From: Opitutia bacterium
Lineage (GTDB): Bacteria > Verrucomicrobiota > Verrucomicrobiia > Opitutales > T3Sed10-336
Assembly (NCBI GenBank): GCA_050506795.1
Contig: JBJHCF010000022.1
Span: forward strand, 20,045 to 84,044
Length of the DNA stretch: 64,000 nt
Direction of reading: 5' to 3'
Part shown: piece by piece, positions 39,321-49,961 of the stretch
How the letters are laid out: each line of letters starts with the position of its first letter
How positions within the stretch are numbered: position 1 is the first letter of the stretch
Program-made: the position numbers and the translations under genes
Notes under the pieces: generated by a model
What the model saw: only the letters and a program-made list of their open reading frames with translations
What the model was told of the DNA's origin: nothing
The model's database searches: none

Positions 39321-40249
39321 AAACGAGACCGCTTGGAAGTACCGGGCTTCACCTGCCCATTCTCTCATACGGAGCCTCCTCCCTCGGACAGGAATTCGGC
39401 CCGGTGCAATTGGAAAAGGCGCTGGAATCGGTGCGGGTGGCACTCGATTCGGGGATCAACCTGATCGACACGTCTCCGTATTACGGACGAGGAATGTCCG
39501 AGGTGCTTGTGGGCATCGCTTTGCGCGACGTTCCCCGCGACTCCTACCTCCTGTGTTCGAAAATGGGACGCTATTCCGAACGACATTTTGATTTCTCGGC
39601 CAGACGGGTGGAGGAATCGATTCATGTCACTCTGCATCGGCTTGGCACGGACTATCTCGATATTCTGCTGCTGCACGACGTGGAGTTCGTTCCTTTGAAT
39701 CAGATTTGGGAGGAGACCATTCCGGCGGCAATGAAGCTGAAAGCGGAGGGCAAGGTGCGCGCGGTCGGGTTTTCCTGTTATCCGATGAAGTGCTTTCATC
39801 AAGTCCTTGATCATGCCGACGTTGATTGCATCCTCTCCTACAACAACTATACGCTGCAAAACACATCGCTGGCAGATGAGTTAATGCCAAGATTGCGGGA
39901 GAAAGGAATTGGGATAATGAGCGCGGGACCGTTCTCGGCCCGGCTTCTCACCAACCAGCCGTTGCCCGATTGGTTGTTGGAGCCCGAGGAAGTAAAGGCA
40001 GCCGCCCGGGACGCCGCCAGGCATTGCGCGGATCGCGGCGTCGATATCGCGAAGTTGGCTCTTCAGTTCGCGGTTGAGCACGAGGCCATCGCGACCACGG
40101 TGGCCGGTTCGGCGAATCCGGAGAACATTCGCCGGTGGGTCGAGTGGATCGAGCAACCGATGGATCACACGTTGTTGGAGGAAGTTCGGGAGATCTTTCG
40201 CCCGGTCAGGAATATCGGGCACGTGTCGGGATTGCCCGAGAATAATTGA
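39317..40249 (+). CDS. Aldo/keto reductase, L-galactose/L-fucose dehydrogenase-like
   Basis: GASSLG, IDTSPYYGRG.SE, KMGRY, FDFSA, LHDVEF. Confidence 0.88.
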   Translation: MKTRPLGSTGLHLPILSYGASSLGQEFGPVQLEKALESVRVALDSGINLIDTSPYYGRGMSEVLVGIALRDVPRDSYLLCSKMGRYSERHFDFSARRVEESIHVTLHRLGTDYLDILLLHDVEFVPLNQIWEETIPAAMKLKAEGKVRAVGFSCYPMKCFHQVLDHADVDCILSYNNYTLQNTSLADELMPRLREKGIGIMSAGPFSARLLTNQPLPDWLLEPEEVKAAARDAARHCADRGVDIAKLALQFAVEHEAIATTVAGSANPENIRRWVEWIEQPMDHTLLEEVREIFRPVRNIGHVSGLPENN

Positions 40250-40273
40250 GTTTACCGACAAGGAGATGAATCA

Positions 40274-41302
40274 ATGAAGGCCATTCAGTTTTCACAACCG
40301 AAAGAGATTCGGATCATAGACCTCCCGTCTCCGGGATCTCCGGGACCAGGGGAGGCCCTGGTTCGCACCCACACGATGGGGATTTGCGGCACGGACATCT
40401 CCGGGTACCTGGGCAAGATGCCGTTCTTCGGTTATCCGAGGATTCCGGGTCACGAACTCGGCCTCGAAGTCCTGGCGACCGGACCGGAGGTCAGCAATGT
40501 CAAGGCAGGCGATCGCTGTTCGCTGGAGCCGTATTTGAACAATCCTGACAGTCCGACCAGCCGCCGGGGAACCGGCAATTGTTGCCCGGATATCCAGGTC
40601 CTGGGGGTTCATATCGACGGGGGTTTGCGCCGGGAATGGATTTGTCCCGCCAGGAAACTCCATCCCGGAAACGCGCTTTCCTACAACCAGTTGGCGCTGG
40701 TGGAAACCCTGGCTATCGGTTTTCACGCTGTTCAGCGGAGTAAGCCGCAGCCCGGCGACACGGTTCTGGTGGTCGGAGCCGGACCGATCGGGCTCGCCTG
40801 CCTGGAGTTTCTCAAGTTGATGGACGTGACGTTGATCGTGATGGACATGAACGCGGACCGCCTCCGCTTCTGCACCGAGAAGCTGGGTGTCGCCGGGGTT
40901 GTCCAGGTCGGTTCCGGAATCTCTCCGGTGGAAGGTCTTGGGGCGCTGACGAACAACGCCTTGGCCAACGTGGTAATCGACGCGACCGGATCCGCCGCGT
41001 CGATGTCGGCGTGTTTGGAATACGCCGCCTTCGCCGGGCGCGTCGTTTACGTGGGAATCACAGCGGACGAAGTCGCCTTTCCCCATGCGCCGGTTTTCCA
41101 TCGGCGGGAACTGACTTTGCTCGCGTCCCGAAACGCCCTGCCGGAGGACTTCAGGCAGATCATCGACATTATTGATGAGGGAAAGATCGATACCGATAAA
41201 TGGATCACGCATCGCTTCGGATTCGACGAGACGCCCGAAATCTTTCCACGCTTTGGAAATGGGTTTCCCGGCCTGATCAAGGCGGTGATTGAACTGGATT
41301 GA
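40274..41302 (+). CDS. Zn-dependent dehydrogenase, L-galactonate 5-dehydrogenase (YjjN/LgoD)-like
   Basis: GICGTD, YPRIPGHE, LGVHIDGG, GAGPIG, RELTLLASRNA. Confidence 0.86.
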   Translation: MKAIQFSQPKEIRIIDLPSPGSPGPGEALVRTHTMGICGTDISGYLGKMPFFGYPRIPGHELGLEVLATGPEVSNVKAGDRCSLEPYLNNPDSPTSRRGTGNCCPDIQVLGVHIDGGLRREWICPARKLHPGNALSYNQLALVETLAIGFHAVQRSKPQPGDTVLVVGAGPIGLACLEFLKLMDVTLIVMDMNADRLRFCTEKLGVAGVVQVGSGISPVEGLGALTNNALANVVIDATGSAASMSACLEYAAFAGRVVYVGITADEVAFPHAPVFHRRELTLLASRNALPEDFRQIIDIIDEGKIDTDKWITHRFGFDETPEIFPRFGNGFPGLIKAVIELD

Positions 41303-41308
41303 AGTTAA

Positions 41309-42187
41309 ATGGCGAACTCGTTCACAACTGCGATCGATGCGCATCACCATTTGTGGCAGTATTCACCCGATGAATACCCATGGATTCCATCGGGTTCCCG
41401 TCTGGCCGGGGATTACCTTGCGCCCGACCTGAAAGAAACCGCGGGTGAGGCCGGCATTTGCGGCACTGTCGTCGTCCAGGCCCGGCAAACGCTCGAGGAA
41501 GCCTCGTGGCTGCTGCGTTTGGCAAGCGAGCCGAACCTCGTTCGAGGCGTCGTCGGGTGGCTGCCCCTGGCCGACGCGAAGGTTGAAGAGCCTTTGGAGC
41601 GCCTGTCTGGCAACGCCCTTTTAAAAGGGGTTCGACATGTCTTACAGGACGAACCCGACGAGGCATTTATCCGGAAGGATTTTCACCGGGGCCTTTCCCT
41701 TCTGCCGAAATATAGCCTGGTTTACGATTTGCTGTTGTTCGAAAGACAGCTCGAATCGGGCCTGGCTCTGGTCGACCGACAACCCGAATTGCCCATTGTG
41801 ATCGATCACGTCGCAAAGCCGGAGATCCAACGCGGGGTGGTCTCCGCGAATTGGAAGAAGGGGATGAAGGCGCTGGCGGAGAGGGAGAACGTCGTTGGCG
41901 TTAAGATTTCCGGGATGGTAACGGAAGTCCGCGATCCGGAAATCGACGAAGCGACGCTTCAAGCCTATTTTGACGAGACACTCGCGCTGTTCGGTCCGGA
42001 ACGCCTGATGTTTGGAACGGACTGGCCGGTCTGCCTGCTGCGGATCGACTCTGGGGGAAGATGGCGAAGGATGGTCGAACGTTTCGCTCGGCAATTGTCC
42101 TACACGGAAAAAGCGGCGCTTTTCTTTCACAACGCCAACCGGGTGTATCGGCTGCAGATGGAAACGCCGTCCTCGTTGCCACTCTGA
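41309..42187 (+). CDS. Amidohydrolase family sugar lactonase (L-fucono-/L-galactono-lactonase-like)
   Basis: IDAHHHLW, VVVQARQ, KGVRHVLQDE, DHVAKP, KISG, RLMFGTDWPVC. Confidence 0.9.
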   Translation: MANSFTTAIDAHHHLWQYSPDEYPWIPSGSRLAGDYLAPDLKETAGEAGICGTVVVQARQTLEEASWLLRLASEPNLVRGVVGWLPLADAKVEEPLERLSGNALLKGVRHVLQDEPDEAFIRKDFHRGLSLLPKYSLVYDLLLFERQLESGLALVDRQPELPIVIDHVAKPEIQRGVVSANWKKGMKALAERENVVGVKISGMVTEVRDPEIDEATLQAYFDETLALFGPERLMFGTDWPVCLLRIDSGGRWRRMVERFARQLSYTEKAALFFHNANRVYRLQMETPSSLPL

Positions 42188-42457
42188 CATCGGTACGGAT
42201 ATTGGCTTTTAAAGCCGATATCCACCCGCGCTTCGGATGGAGGCGAGAAATTGGCGTCATTTGCCGTCCAGGGTGGGAATTGCTCGGAATTGATCGTTCT
42301 CGAATCGGGAGGACGACGAAATGGATAAACTTGACCGCTTGATGGACATTTTCGACGATTTGCCGGAATTTTACTTGTTTCCAGTAGACGATCAAAAATA
42401 AACTTCGATCAACCCGTTTGGTTAACCTCCGCTAAATTCTATCGATCCGTATTGCTT

Positions 42458-43813
42458 ATGAAACCAATTACCCGACGTACCTTCCTGAAAAACGGCGCTC
42501 TTATGACGGCTGGAATTGCCGGCCTCTCGCTTTCCACGCGAGCTGCCACCAATACCAATAGCCGCCTCCGTGTTTTTCAGATTGGTGTCGGAGGCATCGG
42601 GGGGATGCAGCGGGACAATCTGCGCAATCATCCGCGGGTGGAGTTCGCCGGTTTCTGCGACGTGGACACCCGCGAACTCGACCGGATGGCGGCGGAGTAC
42701 CCGAACGCCTTTCGGGTAACGGACTTTCGGGAAGCTTTCGCGAACCGGGTGGATCAATTCGACGCCGTCATCGTGGACACCCCGGACCACCAGCACATCA
42801 CCCAGATCCTCATGGCGATGGAGCACGGGAAACATGTCTTCGCCCAAAAGCCGCTCGTCCATCAACTGGATGAATTGCGCATGGTCGACCGGGCGGTGAA
42901 GGCGCGTCCGGATCTGGTCACCCAAATGTGCAATCAGCGCTCGTGCAACATGCGTCGCATGCAGGCGGTCGAATTGCTCCGCAGCGGACGTCTGGGGCGT
43001 CCGGTGGAGGCGTGGGCCTGGACCGGACATGTCTCACGCGGATACTATTTTGCCGATCCCTGGAGCGACTATACGCCCGCACAGCCGATTCCGGACTACA
43101 TGAATTGGGATCTGTGGGTCGGGCCGATTGCCGAGGATCTTCCCTATAGCACCGACCTGGCGCCCCGGCGCTGGCGGACTTTCTGGGAAACCGGCGGCGG
43201 CCAGCTCAATGACTGGGGCTGCCACCTGCTCGATGTTCTTTATTACGCCTTCGACATGCCGGCGCCCGAAGCGGTTCTGGCCCACACCAGCCGTCCGGCG
43301 GGCGTCGCACATTCCGCCCACAATCAGTGCACCATCACCTATCCGGGCGGCGGTGATTTCGCCCGGGATAAATTCGTTTTACGTTATAACGACAGCAGTC
43401 AAGGTCCGTCTTATGCCGCCCTTGGTTTGCCGCCGATGCGTTTCGGCGCCAATCATACGCTCATCGTCTGCGAGGAAGGCGCGCTCCTTCTGCAGGCGGA
43501 CGCTCAGCCGGCCCTGGTGTTCCGTGACGGTGAAATCGCCCGCGACGAACCCTGGCCCGAGGTGCCGCCGCGCAATCATTGGCATGACTGGGTTGATAAT
43601 TGTTTCGGCGACAACAAACCGCTCTGGTCGCCGTTCGAAATCGCCGTGCCGATCACCGAACCGGGACTCCTCGCGGTCAAGGCGACTCGCTTCCCGGGCC
43701 AGGAATTGCGCTGGGACAGCGTCAACGCCCGCTTCACCAACCATGACCAGGCCAACCAGGAAATCGTCTCGCGCGAGTATCGTGAAGGGTTCGAGCCTCC
43801 CAGCGTTGGCTGA
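42458..43813 (+). CDS. Gfo/Idh/MocA family oxidoreductase with Tat signal
   Basis: TRRTFLK, IGVGGIG, TPDH, QKPL, WRTFWETGGGQLNDWGCH. Confidence 0.92.
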   Translation: MKPITRRTFLKNGALMTAGIAGLSLSTRAATNTNSRLRVFQIGVGGIGGMQRDNLRNHPRVEFAGFCDVDTRELDRMAAEYPNAFRVTDFREAFANRVDQFDAVIVDTPDHQHITQILMAMEHGKHVFAQKPLVHQLDELRMVDRAVKARPDLVTQMCNQRSCNMRRMQAVELLRSGRLGRPVEAWAWTGHVSRGYYFADPWSDYTPAQPIPDYMNWDLWVGPIAEDLPYSTDLAPRRWRTFWETGGGQLNDWGCHLLDVLYYAFDMPAPEAVLAHTSRPAGVAHSAHNQCTITYPGGGDFARDKFVLRYNDSSQGPSYAALGLPPMRFGANHTLIVCEEGALLLQADAQPALVFRDGEIARDEPWPEVPPRNHWHDWVDNCFGDNKPLWSPFEIAVPITEPGLLAVKATRFPGQELRWDSVNARFTNHDQANQEIVSREYREGFEPPSVG

Positions 43814-43825
43814 CCGAAGAGACCG

Positions 43826-43853
43826 GGCCGCCTCAAGTTTCAGAGCGGCCTTT
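43826..43853 (+). terminator. Putative intrinsic terminator between convergent genes
   Basis: GGCCGCCTC...GAGCGGCC hairpin followed by TTT, 12 nt after the stop codon. Confidence 0.4.
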
Positions 43854-44024
43854 ACATTCAATCTCAAGCCTGCTGTCCGATGCGGTACCGGTTGTCGGCG
43901 ATCGAAATGCCGATTGCCGGTATTCCATCAGCGTTCCAACGGACTTCACGCGCACGCGTACGACGATCGGGACTATTCCGCCGCGGGCCTTTTACAATTG
44001 TCTCAGGCAGAATCGTTCTTCCGA

Positions 44025-45371
44025 TTATACCCAAGGCTCCCGGAGAGACTTCCATATCAACCGCTGATCCAGTTCATCGTCGCCGATGATGGCCTCCTTC
44101 TCGCCGTCCCATTCTATGGCGCGTCCGGCGACGTAGGACAGGTTGCCAAGATTGTTGAGCGTGGCGATTCGATGGCCTATCTCGATATCCATGCACGGAA
44201 GCCGGTTCTCCCTGATCGCCTGGAGCCAATCCTCCGCGTGATCCATATTGTAGTCCTGATGTTTATCCATCCGATAGACTTCCACGCCTCCGGCCGGAAC
44301 CTGGAAATCGCGAACTTTTTCATCGAGCGGAACCCATCCCGGAATCGGAGCGCCGTCGCCTGAAACGTCAAGGTCGCCCTCCTCACCGTGAAAGACAATG
44401 CCGAAACCGGACCCTCCGCGCCACTGGGCGTCGGTCCTTTCCTGCTTTTGGTCCCACACCAACTGCCAATCGGGATCCTTGAATGTGTAGACAACTTTCA
44501 TCTCCGCCGGAACGTCCCAGATGCCCTCTGGACGGTTGCTGCCGGTGGCTTCCACCCGCACCGGCGATTGGAAGTCCGCGTCCAGACACCACAACGCAAT
44601 GCCCATAACATGCGCTCCCCGGTCGCGAATATTGCCGCCGCCTGATTCCATGATCCAACGAAAGCGCGCGGGATGGTAGGTGTGGGGGACGTAGGGACGC
44701 ATACTCAAGGGCCCAAGCCAGCGGTCCCAATCAAGCTCCGGCGGCGGCGGTTCGGTGCGAGTGAGACCGCCCACCGGATTCGGCTCGTGCCAGCACGTCA
44801 CCTGCGACACCTTTCCCAACATGCCGTTACGGATATAGGTCGCCGCCTGATGGGCCGGTTCCGCCGAACGCGCCTGCGATCCGACCTGAACGATCCGGTT
44901 GTGTCGTCGCGCCGCCGCCACCATGGCCTGTCCTCCCGCAATGGTGCAACTCGCGGGCTTTTCCACATACACATGTTTCCCCGCCTCGCAGGCGTGAATT
45001 GTCTGCAGCGCATGCCAGTGATCCGGGGTGGCGATGACCACCGCATCGATGTCGTCGCGCGCGAGCAAATCGCGGTAATCGACGTAACCCTCGCATCCGC
45101 TTCCGACCCTCCCGACCGCATCGGAAAGCCGATGGGCATCGACCTCGCACACCGCCGGGATATCGATATCTCCGGTTTCACGAAACCGGAGGCCGCGCGA
45201 CAGGTGTTGATTGCCGAATCCGCCAACTCCGATGTACCCGACGGACAATCGTTCGTTCGCGCCGCGGGTGCGCGCCCCGACGAGTTGGGGAAATAGTCCG
45301 GCGCCGATTATGCCGGCCAGGCCGGCACCGGCCGAACTTTTTATAAAGCGGCGCCTGGTGATTCGTTTCAT
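44025..45371 (-). CDS. Gfo/Idh/MocA family oxidoreductase with Tat signal
   Basis: TRRRFIK, IGVGGFG, ATPDHWH, YVEKP, VQVGSQ, DRGAH. Confidence 0.92.
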   Translation of the reverse strand: MKRITRRRFIKSSAGAGLAGIIGAGLFPQLVGARTRGANERLSVGYIGVGGFGNQHLSRGLRFRETGDIDIPAVCEVDAHRLSDAVGRVGSGCEGYVDYRDLLARDDIDAVVIATPDHWHALQTIHACEAGKHVYVEKPASCTIAGGQAMVAAARRHNRIVQVGSQARSAEPAHQAATYIRNGMLGKVSQVTCWHEPNPVGGLTRTEPPPPELDWDRWLGPLSMRPYVPHTYHPARFRWIMESGGGNIRDRGAHVMGIALWCLDADFQSPVRVEATGSNRPEGIWDVPAEMKVVYTFKDPDWQLVWDQKQERTDAQWRGGSGFGIVFHGEEGDLDVSGDGAPIPGWVPLDEKVRDFQVPAGGVEVYRMDKHQDYNMDHAEDWLQAIRENRLPCMDIEIGHRIATLNNLGNLSYVAGRAIEWDGEKEAIIGDDELDQRLIWKSLREPWV

Positions 45372-45637
45372 TGCCAAGTTAGGTAGGTGTTTGTTTCCTG
45401 AACACTTTGGCGACCAGAACTCATCCGATCCAATGTGTTCTCGTTAACGCGCAGTGTATGATCTGAGAAGAACGTATGCACGTCGGAACCGCAATCAAAT
45501 AAGCATTAGTAGCGTTGCCTTGGCCGACGGTAACGGCACCTTATGCTTGTACGGTTTTACTTTGGAATTCGCCTGCGCAAGCGTCCTGTGTATCAAACCC
45601 GGATCATCGGATTCCTGGCATCCGCGAGCCCCGGGAG

Positions 45638-47227
45638 TCAGTCCCTTTGGGTCAGGGAATCCACAACACGATAATAATCAAAATCGACGTACCCTCCCGA
45701 GGATTCGGTCGCATAAGTGAACAGGCCGAACCGATAACCCATAAAGTGGGGGAGGGTGTAACGCATCTGCAACGGCTCGCCGATCCGGGTCCAGCTTTCG
45801 CCGTCCAGGCTGAAGTAAAAATAAGCGCGGTCCCGCCGGTCGTTGAAATCGCATTCGATTTTGAAATGGACCGATTCGGTTTCCAGAGACACACGCTCGT
45901 GTTCCCGCACCTGTCCCGAATCGACGCCAACCATCACGATCGACTTGGAGTCATCTTCAGCCTTCACGGCAACATAGCCGTAGTCACGTTGCAAAACGGT
46001 CATTCCGGCGACGTCGCCCGCTTTCATACCGGATACATCAACGCGGGTGCTCGCCGCGCTTTCCGGACCGAAGGTGCGCTGTGTCAGCATGTTTCTGGAC
46101 TGGAGAAAATCCTCGTCGACCCGGTCCGTGGTCAGGCGAAGGAATCCCGGCCGGTCGCTCAGGGACCAGTAGTCGTCAACGGGATTGTGGTTCCATTGCC
46201 AGATCGGAGAGAGCGCGCTGTCGTCAAAGTCATCGGATCCGACGTAGGCGGGAATGCTCGGGTTCGGGGGAAGACCTTCGAGGGTGGTGGGAACGACACC
46301 GTCTACGCCGAGAACGGGCCAGCCGTCTTCCCAGGTAACCGGGATCACATGCAGGATTCGTCCGACCGCTCCGGCGTCCTGGTGCATGATGGCGTACCAG
46401 TCGCCGTCGGGAGTGTCGACGAGGCTTCCCTGAGCGATCCCGCGATCGCGCAAGGCGACGCGGCCCTCGTAGGGGCCTTTCAGGTCGTCCGACCTGAACA
46501 CGAGCGCGGTGCGCATTCCGCCGCGCGGCCAGGTGATCAGGAAGGTGTAATAGGTGTCGCCCACCTTGAAGATCTGGGCGCCTTCGGCCGGCAGACCGAC
46601 GTTGTCACCTGCCACCCGACTGGAGTCGCGAATGATGACCTCGTCGAAACCGTCCGGTTTCGGCCCGGTGAGATCTTCCCGCAATTCGGTCAGTCGAATG
46701 TTGTTGGTGCCGTGGGCCATGTAAACGCGATCGTCCTCGAAAACCAGCGACATGTCGTGAAAGGCGGGCGAAAAATTGACCTCCTCCCACGGACCTTCGT
46801 CGGGATCCTCGGTAATGTAAACGTGGGTCAGGTTGCTGGAATAACTGAAGGTTGTGAGATAGAACTTGCCGTTGTGATAGCGAAGGCTGCTGGCCCAGGA
46901 TCCACTGCCATAGGCGTTTTGGCCTCTTTCGAGATTGTGCCTGGCGTTTTCGACCAGATTGCCGTGAGCGTAACTCGCGATTTCCCAATTCACCAGGTCG
47001 GTCGATTTCATAACCGGAAGGCCCGGGCTCAAGTGCATCGTGGTGCTGCTCATATAGTAGGTGTCGCCGACCCGAATCACGGAAGGGTCGGGAACATCCG
47101 CCCAAAGAACAGGGTTCCGCGCGTATGATCCGGTGTCGTTGGTTTCCGGATACCCATGAGAGACAAAAAGTACTCCGAAAATGAGCGGAAGAGCTTTAAG
47201 GAAGCGAAGTGTATTCTTCTCAGTCAT
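45638..47227 (-). CDS. Glycoside hydrolase family 43 (beta-xylosidase/arabinofuranosidase-like) with C-terminal beta-sandwich
   Basis: Signal peptide; NPVLWADVPDPS, WASSLRYH, HD, EG, AQG, WQWNHNP, HFMGYRFGLF. Confidence 0.93.
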   Translation of the reverse strand: MTEKNTLRFLKALPLIFGVLFVSHGYPETNDTGSYARNPVLWADVPDPSVIRVGDTYYMSSTTMHLSPGLPVMKSTDLVNWEIASYAHGNLVENARHNLERGQNAYGSGSWASSLRYHNGKFYLTTFSYSSNLTHVYITEDPDEGPWEEVNFSPAFHDMSLVFEDDRVYMAHGTNNIRLTELREDLTGPKPDGFDEVIIRDSSRVAGDNVGLPAEGAQIFKVGDTYYTFLITWPRGGMRTALVFRSDDLKGPYEGRVALRDRGIAQGSLVDTPDGDWYAIMHQDAGAVGRILHVIPVTWEDGWPVLGVDGVVPTTLEGLPPNPSIPAYVGSDDFDDSALSPIWQWNHNPVDDYWSLSDRPGFLRLTTDRVDEDFLQSRNMLTQRTFGPESAASTRVDVSGMKAGDVAGMTVLQRDYGYVAVKAEDDSKSIVMVGVDSGQVREHERVSLETESVHFKIECDFNDRRDRAYFYFSLDGESWTRIGEPLQMRYTLPHFMGYRFGLFTYATESSGGYVDFDYYRVVDSLTQRD

Positions 47228-47302
47228 ATCTTAGCCTTGGTTGAGACAATGAGGCCGGCGGGAATGGATCGTGGTACGGTCGCACTCCTTCTAGGCGTAT
47301 CA

Positions 47303-49672
47303 TCATTCGAAGCCGTTCGCCGCCGGCCGTAACAAATACGTCGAGCCGGGTTCGGTTTGGATTGTGTCGACCCGATCTCCGTAGCGGACGTTCAAGGGTT
47401 CTCCCCGCAGCGATTGAAACCGGGCTTCGACAACCTCGCTTTCGCTCCATGACAGGTCGACCTCGAAGCCGCCGTGCGCCCGCAATCCGGTTACCGTGCC
47501 CGACGTCCAGGCGTCGGGCAGAGCCGGGAGGAGAATGAGTTCAAACTCGAGATCGCCGGGTGTGTCGGAGCGCAGCGGCCGGCTCTGGAGGAGCATTCCG
47601 GCGATCCCGGCGGCGGCGCCGAAGTTGCCGTCGATCTGGAATGGAGGATGGGCGTCGAACAGGTTTGGGTAGGTCCGGTCCGGCTGCAGGAGGCGGTAGA
47701 GAACGTCGTGCGCACGGTTGCCGTCGCCGATGCGGGTCCACAGGTTGATGCGCCAGCCGATACCCCAACCGGTGGCGAAATCTCCGCGCAGTTCGAGGCT
47801 GCGGCGCGAAGCGTCCACATACTCGGGGGTGTCGAAGCGGTTGATTTGCCAACTGGGGAAGAGACCGTACAGGTGGGACACGTGGCGGTGGTGTCTGTCC
47901 GGAGCCCGGAGGTCCCAATCCTCCTGCCACTCCTGGAGTTGGCCTTCTTGGCCGATTTGGTTGGGCGCGAGTCGATCCTTCGCGGCGGCCAATTGTTCGC
48001 GGAAATCCGGGTCGCGGTCGAGGATGGCGGAGGCGTGAATGAGAGCTTCGAAAAGGTCGCGGAGAATCTGCATGTCCATTGTTGGACCGGCGGCGATACT
48101 GATATTGGGGAGGTGAGCGTTCTCCGGAGAGTTCGAGGGAACGGTGACCAGCCATCCGGTGTTCGGGTCCTCCACCAGGAAATCGAGGAAAAATTCGGCG
48201 GAGCCCTTCAGAATCGGGTAGGCCCAGGCAAGGAATTCGTCGTCGAGGTTGAAGAGGTAGTGCTCCCAGAGATGGGTGGTGAGCCAGGCGCCTCCCAGGG
48301 GCCACATTCCCCAAAAGACACCGTCGATCGGAGCGGTGGCGCGCCAGATGTCGGTATTGTGATGGGTGACCCAGCCATTGGCGTCATAATGGCGGCGGGC
48401 GGTCCTTTGACCGGTTTCGCTCAGCTCCTCGACCATGCGCAGGAGCGGCTCATGGAATTCGGAAAGATTGCCCGATTCGGCGGGCCAGTAATTCATTTCC
48501 GCGTTGATGTTGAGCGTGTATTTGCTGTCCCACGGCGGAAACAGCATGTTGTTCCAGATGCCCTGCAGGTTGGCGGGTTGGGTGCCCGGCCGGGAACTGG
48601 AGATCAGGAGGTAACGGCCGTACTGGTAATAAAGGGCGGCGAGTTGCGGGTCATCCTGCGACGACGAATCGCGGATCCGTTCGTCGGTCGGCTGATCGGC
48701 CGCCGGGGTGCGGCCGAGGTCGATGGAGACGCGGCGAAAAACGCGTTGGTGTTCGGCGATATGTGCGTCCCTGAGCGCCTGGTAGGACTTTTCGGCCGCC
48801 GCGGCCAGGTGCTCCCGGGCGCGCTCGGCGGGATCGCCGGAGAGGTCGTCGTAGCGACGAAAATTGGTGGCGATGGAGATTAGAATAGTGACCGAATTGG
48901 CGTTCTGGACCGTCACCTGGCCGCCGCTGGCGCGAATGCTTCCTCCATTGTTGAGAAACCGGGCATGGCTCTCGTAACGGACGCCCCCGGGTATTCCGTG
49001 CCGGGAGGTTCCCTGACCGCGCAGGATCAGCAGATTATTGCCCTCGTTGACTCTCTCTCCGTCCAATTGGCTTTGAAACGAAGCGGTGAACGAGACCCCG
49101 CCCGAACCTGTGGCTGACAAACGTACCACGATGACTTCATCAACGGGACTGGCAAAAACCTCTCGTTCGAAAACCCGGTTACCGACCCGGTAGGTGGTTC
49201 GGGCGATCGCCGTATCGAGGTTGAGTTCGCGCCGATAGTTCGTGATCCCGTCGCTTCCGGGAAAACTCAACATGAGGTCTCCAACCGGTTGATACGGCAT
49301 CTGTTGCAGCGGACGGGCCATCAGGTTTCGTTGGGCGAGGTCCTGAGCCTCCTGGAAACGGCCTTCGAAAATCAGGCTGCGAACGTCCTCCAGCGCGGGG
49401 AGGGCGTCGTCGTGCGACGGGTCGTAGGGAGAGCCCGCCCAGAGGGTGTCCTCGTTCAGTTGGATTCGCTCCATCTCGGCGCCGCCGAACACCATCGCTC
49501 CCAGCCGGCCGTTGCCGACGGGGAGAGCGTCGACCCAGGCGACCGCCGGTTGGTTATACCAGAGGAAAAGATCGTCAAAAGGAGTCTCGTCTGCTGAAGC
49601 AACGGGAGCGGTGGTCATGACAAGGATTACGGCAACGGCGGAGACTCGCTTCAGGATTCGATTTTTCATCAT
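47303..49672 (-). CDS. Glycoside hydrolase family 95 (alpha-L-fucosidase / alpha-L-galactosidase)
   Basis: ALPVGNGRLGAMVFG, LNEDTLW, YGRYLLISSSR, YTLNINAEMNYW, HRHVSHL, HPPFQIDGNFG; start trimmed to ATG 49672. Confidence 0.95.
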   Translation of the reverse strand: MMKNRILKRVSAVAVILVMTTAPVASADETPFDDLFLWYNQPAVAWVDALPVGNGRLGAMVFGGAEMERIQLNEDTLWAGSPYDPSHDDALPALEDVRSLIFEGRFQEAQDLAQRNLMARPLQQMPYQPVGDLMLSFPGSDGITNYRRELNLDTAIARTTYRVGNRVFEREVFASPVDEVIVVRLSATGSGGVSFTASFQSQLDGERVNEGNNLLILRGQGTSRHGIPGGVRYESHARFLNNGGSIRASGGQVTVQNANSVTILISIATNFRRYDDLSGDPAERAREHLAAAAEKSYQALRDAHIAEHQRVFRRVSIDLGRTPAADQPTDERIRDSSSQDDPQLAALYYQYGRYLLISSSRPGTQPANLQGIWNNMLFPPWDSKYTLNINAEMNYWPAESGNLSEFHEPLLRMVEELSETGQRTARRHYDANGWVTHHNTDIWRATAPIDGVFWGMWPLGGAWLTTHLWEHYLFNLDDEFLAWAYPILKGSAEFFLDFLVEDPNTGWLVTVPSNSPENAHLPNISIAAGPTMDMQILRDLFEALIHASAILDRDPDFREQLAAAKDRLAPNQIGQEGQLQEWQEDWDLRAPDRHHRHVSHLYGLFPSWQINRFDTPEYVDASRRSLELRGDFATGWGIGWRINLWTRIGDGNRAHDVLYRLLQPDRTYPNLFDAHPPFQIDGNFGAAAGIAGMLLQSRPLRSDTPGDLEFELILLPALPDAWTSGTVTGLRAHGGFEVDLSWSESEVVEARFQSLRGEPLNVRYGDRVDTIQTEPGSTYLLRPAANGFE

Positions 49673-49961
49673 TCTATTTCCGGGGATGGGTTTTATCAAT
49701 GAAAAGTAGATTAACCGAATTCGGCTGTCAGGCAAAATAGACAAGCTTGACCGCCTGATGGATATTTTCGACTTTTGGCCGGGTTGGGCTTCAACGGATC
49801 GGTTGTTTGCTCCAGGTCCGGGTCGATGCCTCTTCCCCGCGTGGTTTCGCGGACGGATGGGTCGGGAAGAGGAAGTCGAGGACCATTGTTTCTGCCTTGG
49901 AAGGCCCTGCCGTCCCGACGCATCTGCTTGCACTGTTAACCAGACCGGATACGGTCATTGC

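Noticed and set aside
43128..44363. 411-aa plus-strand ORF
   Set aside because: Alternative frame overlapping two well-supported Gfo/Idh/MocA genes; Arg/Ser/Pro-rich with no motifs.
45515..48883. 537-aa and 469-aa plus-strand ORFs
   Set aside because: Antisense shadows of GH43 and GH95.
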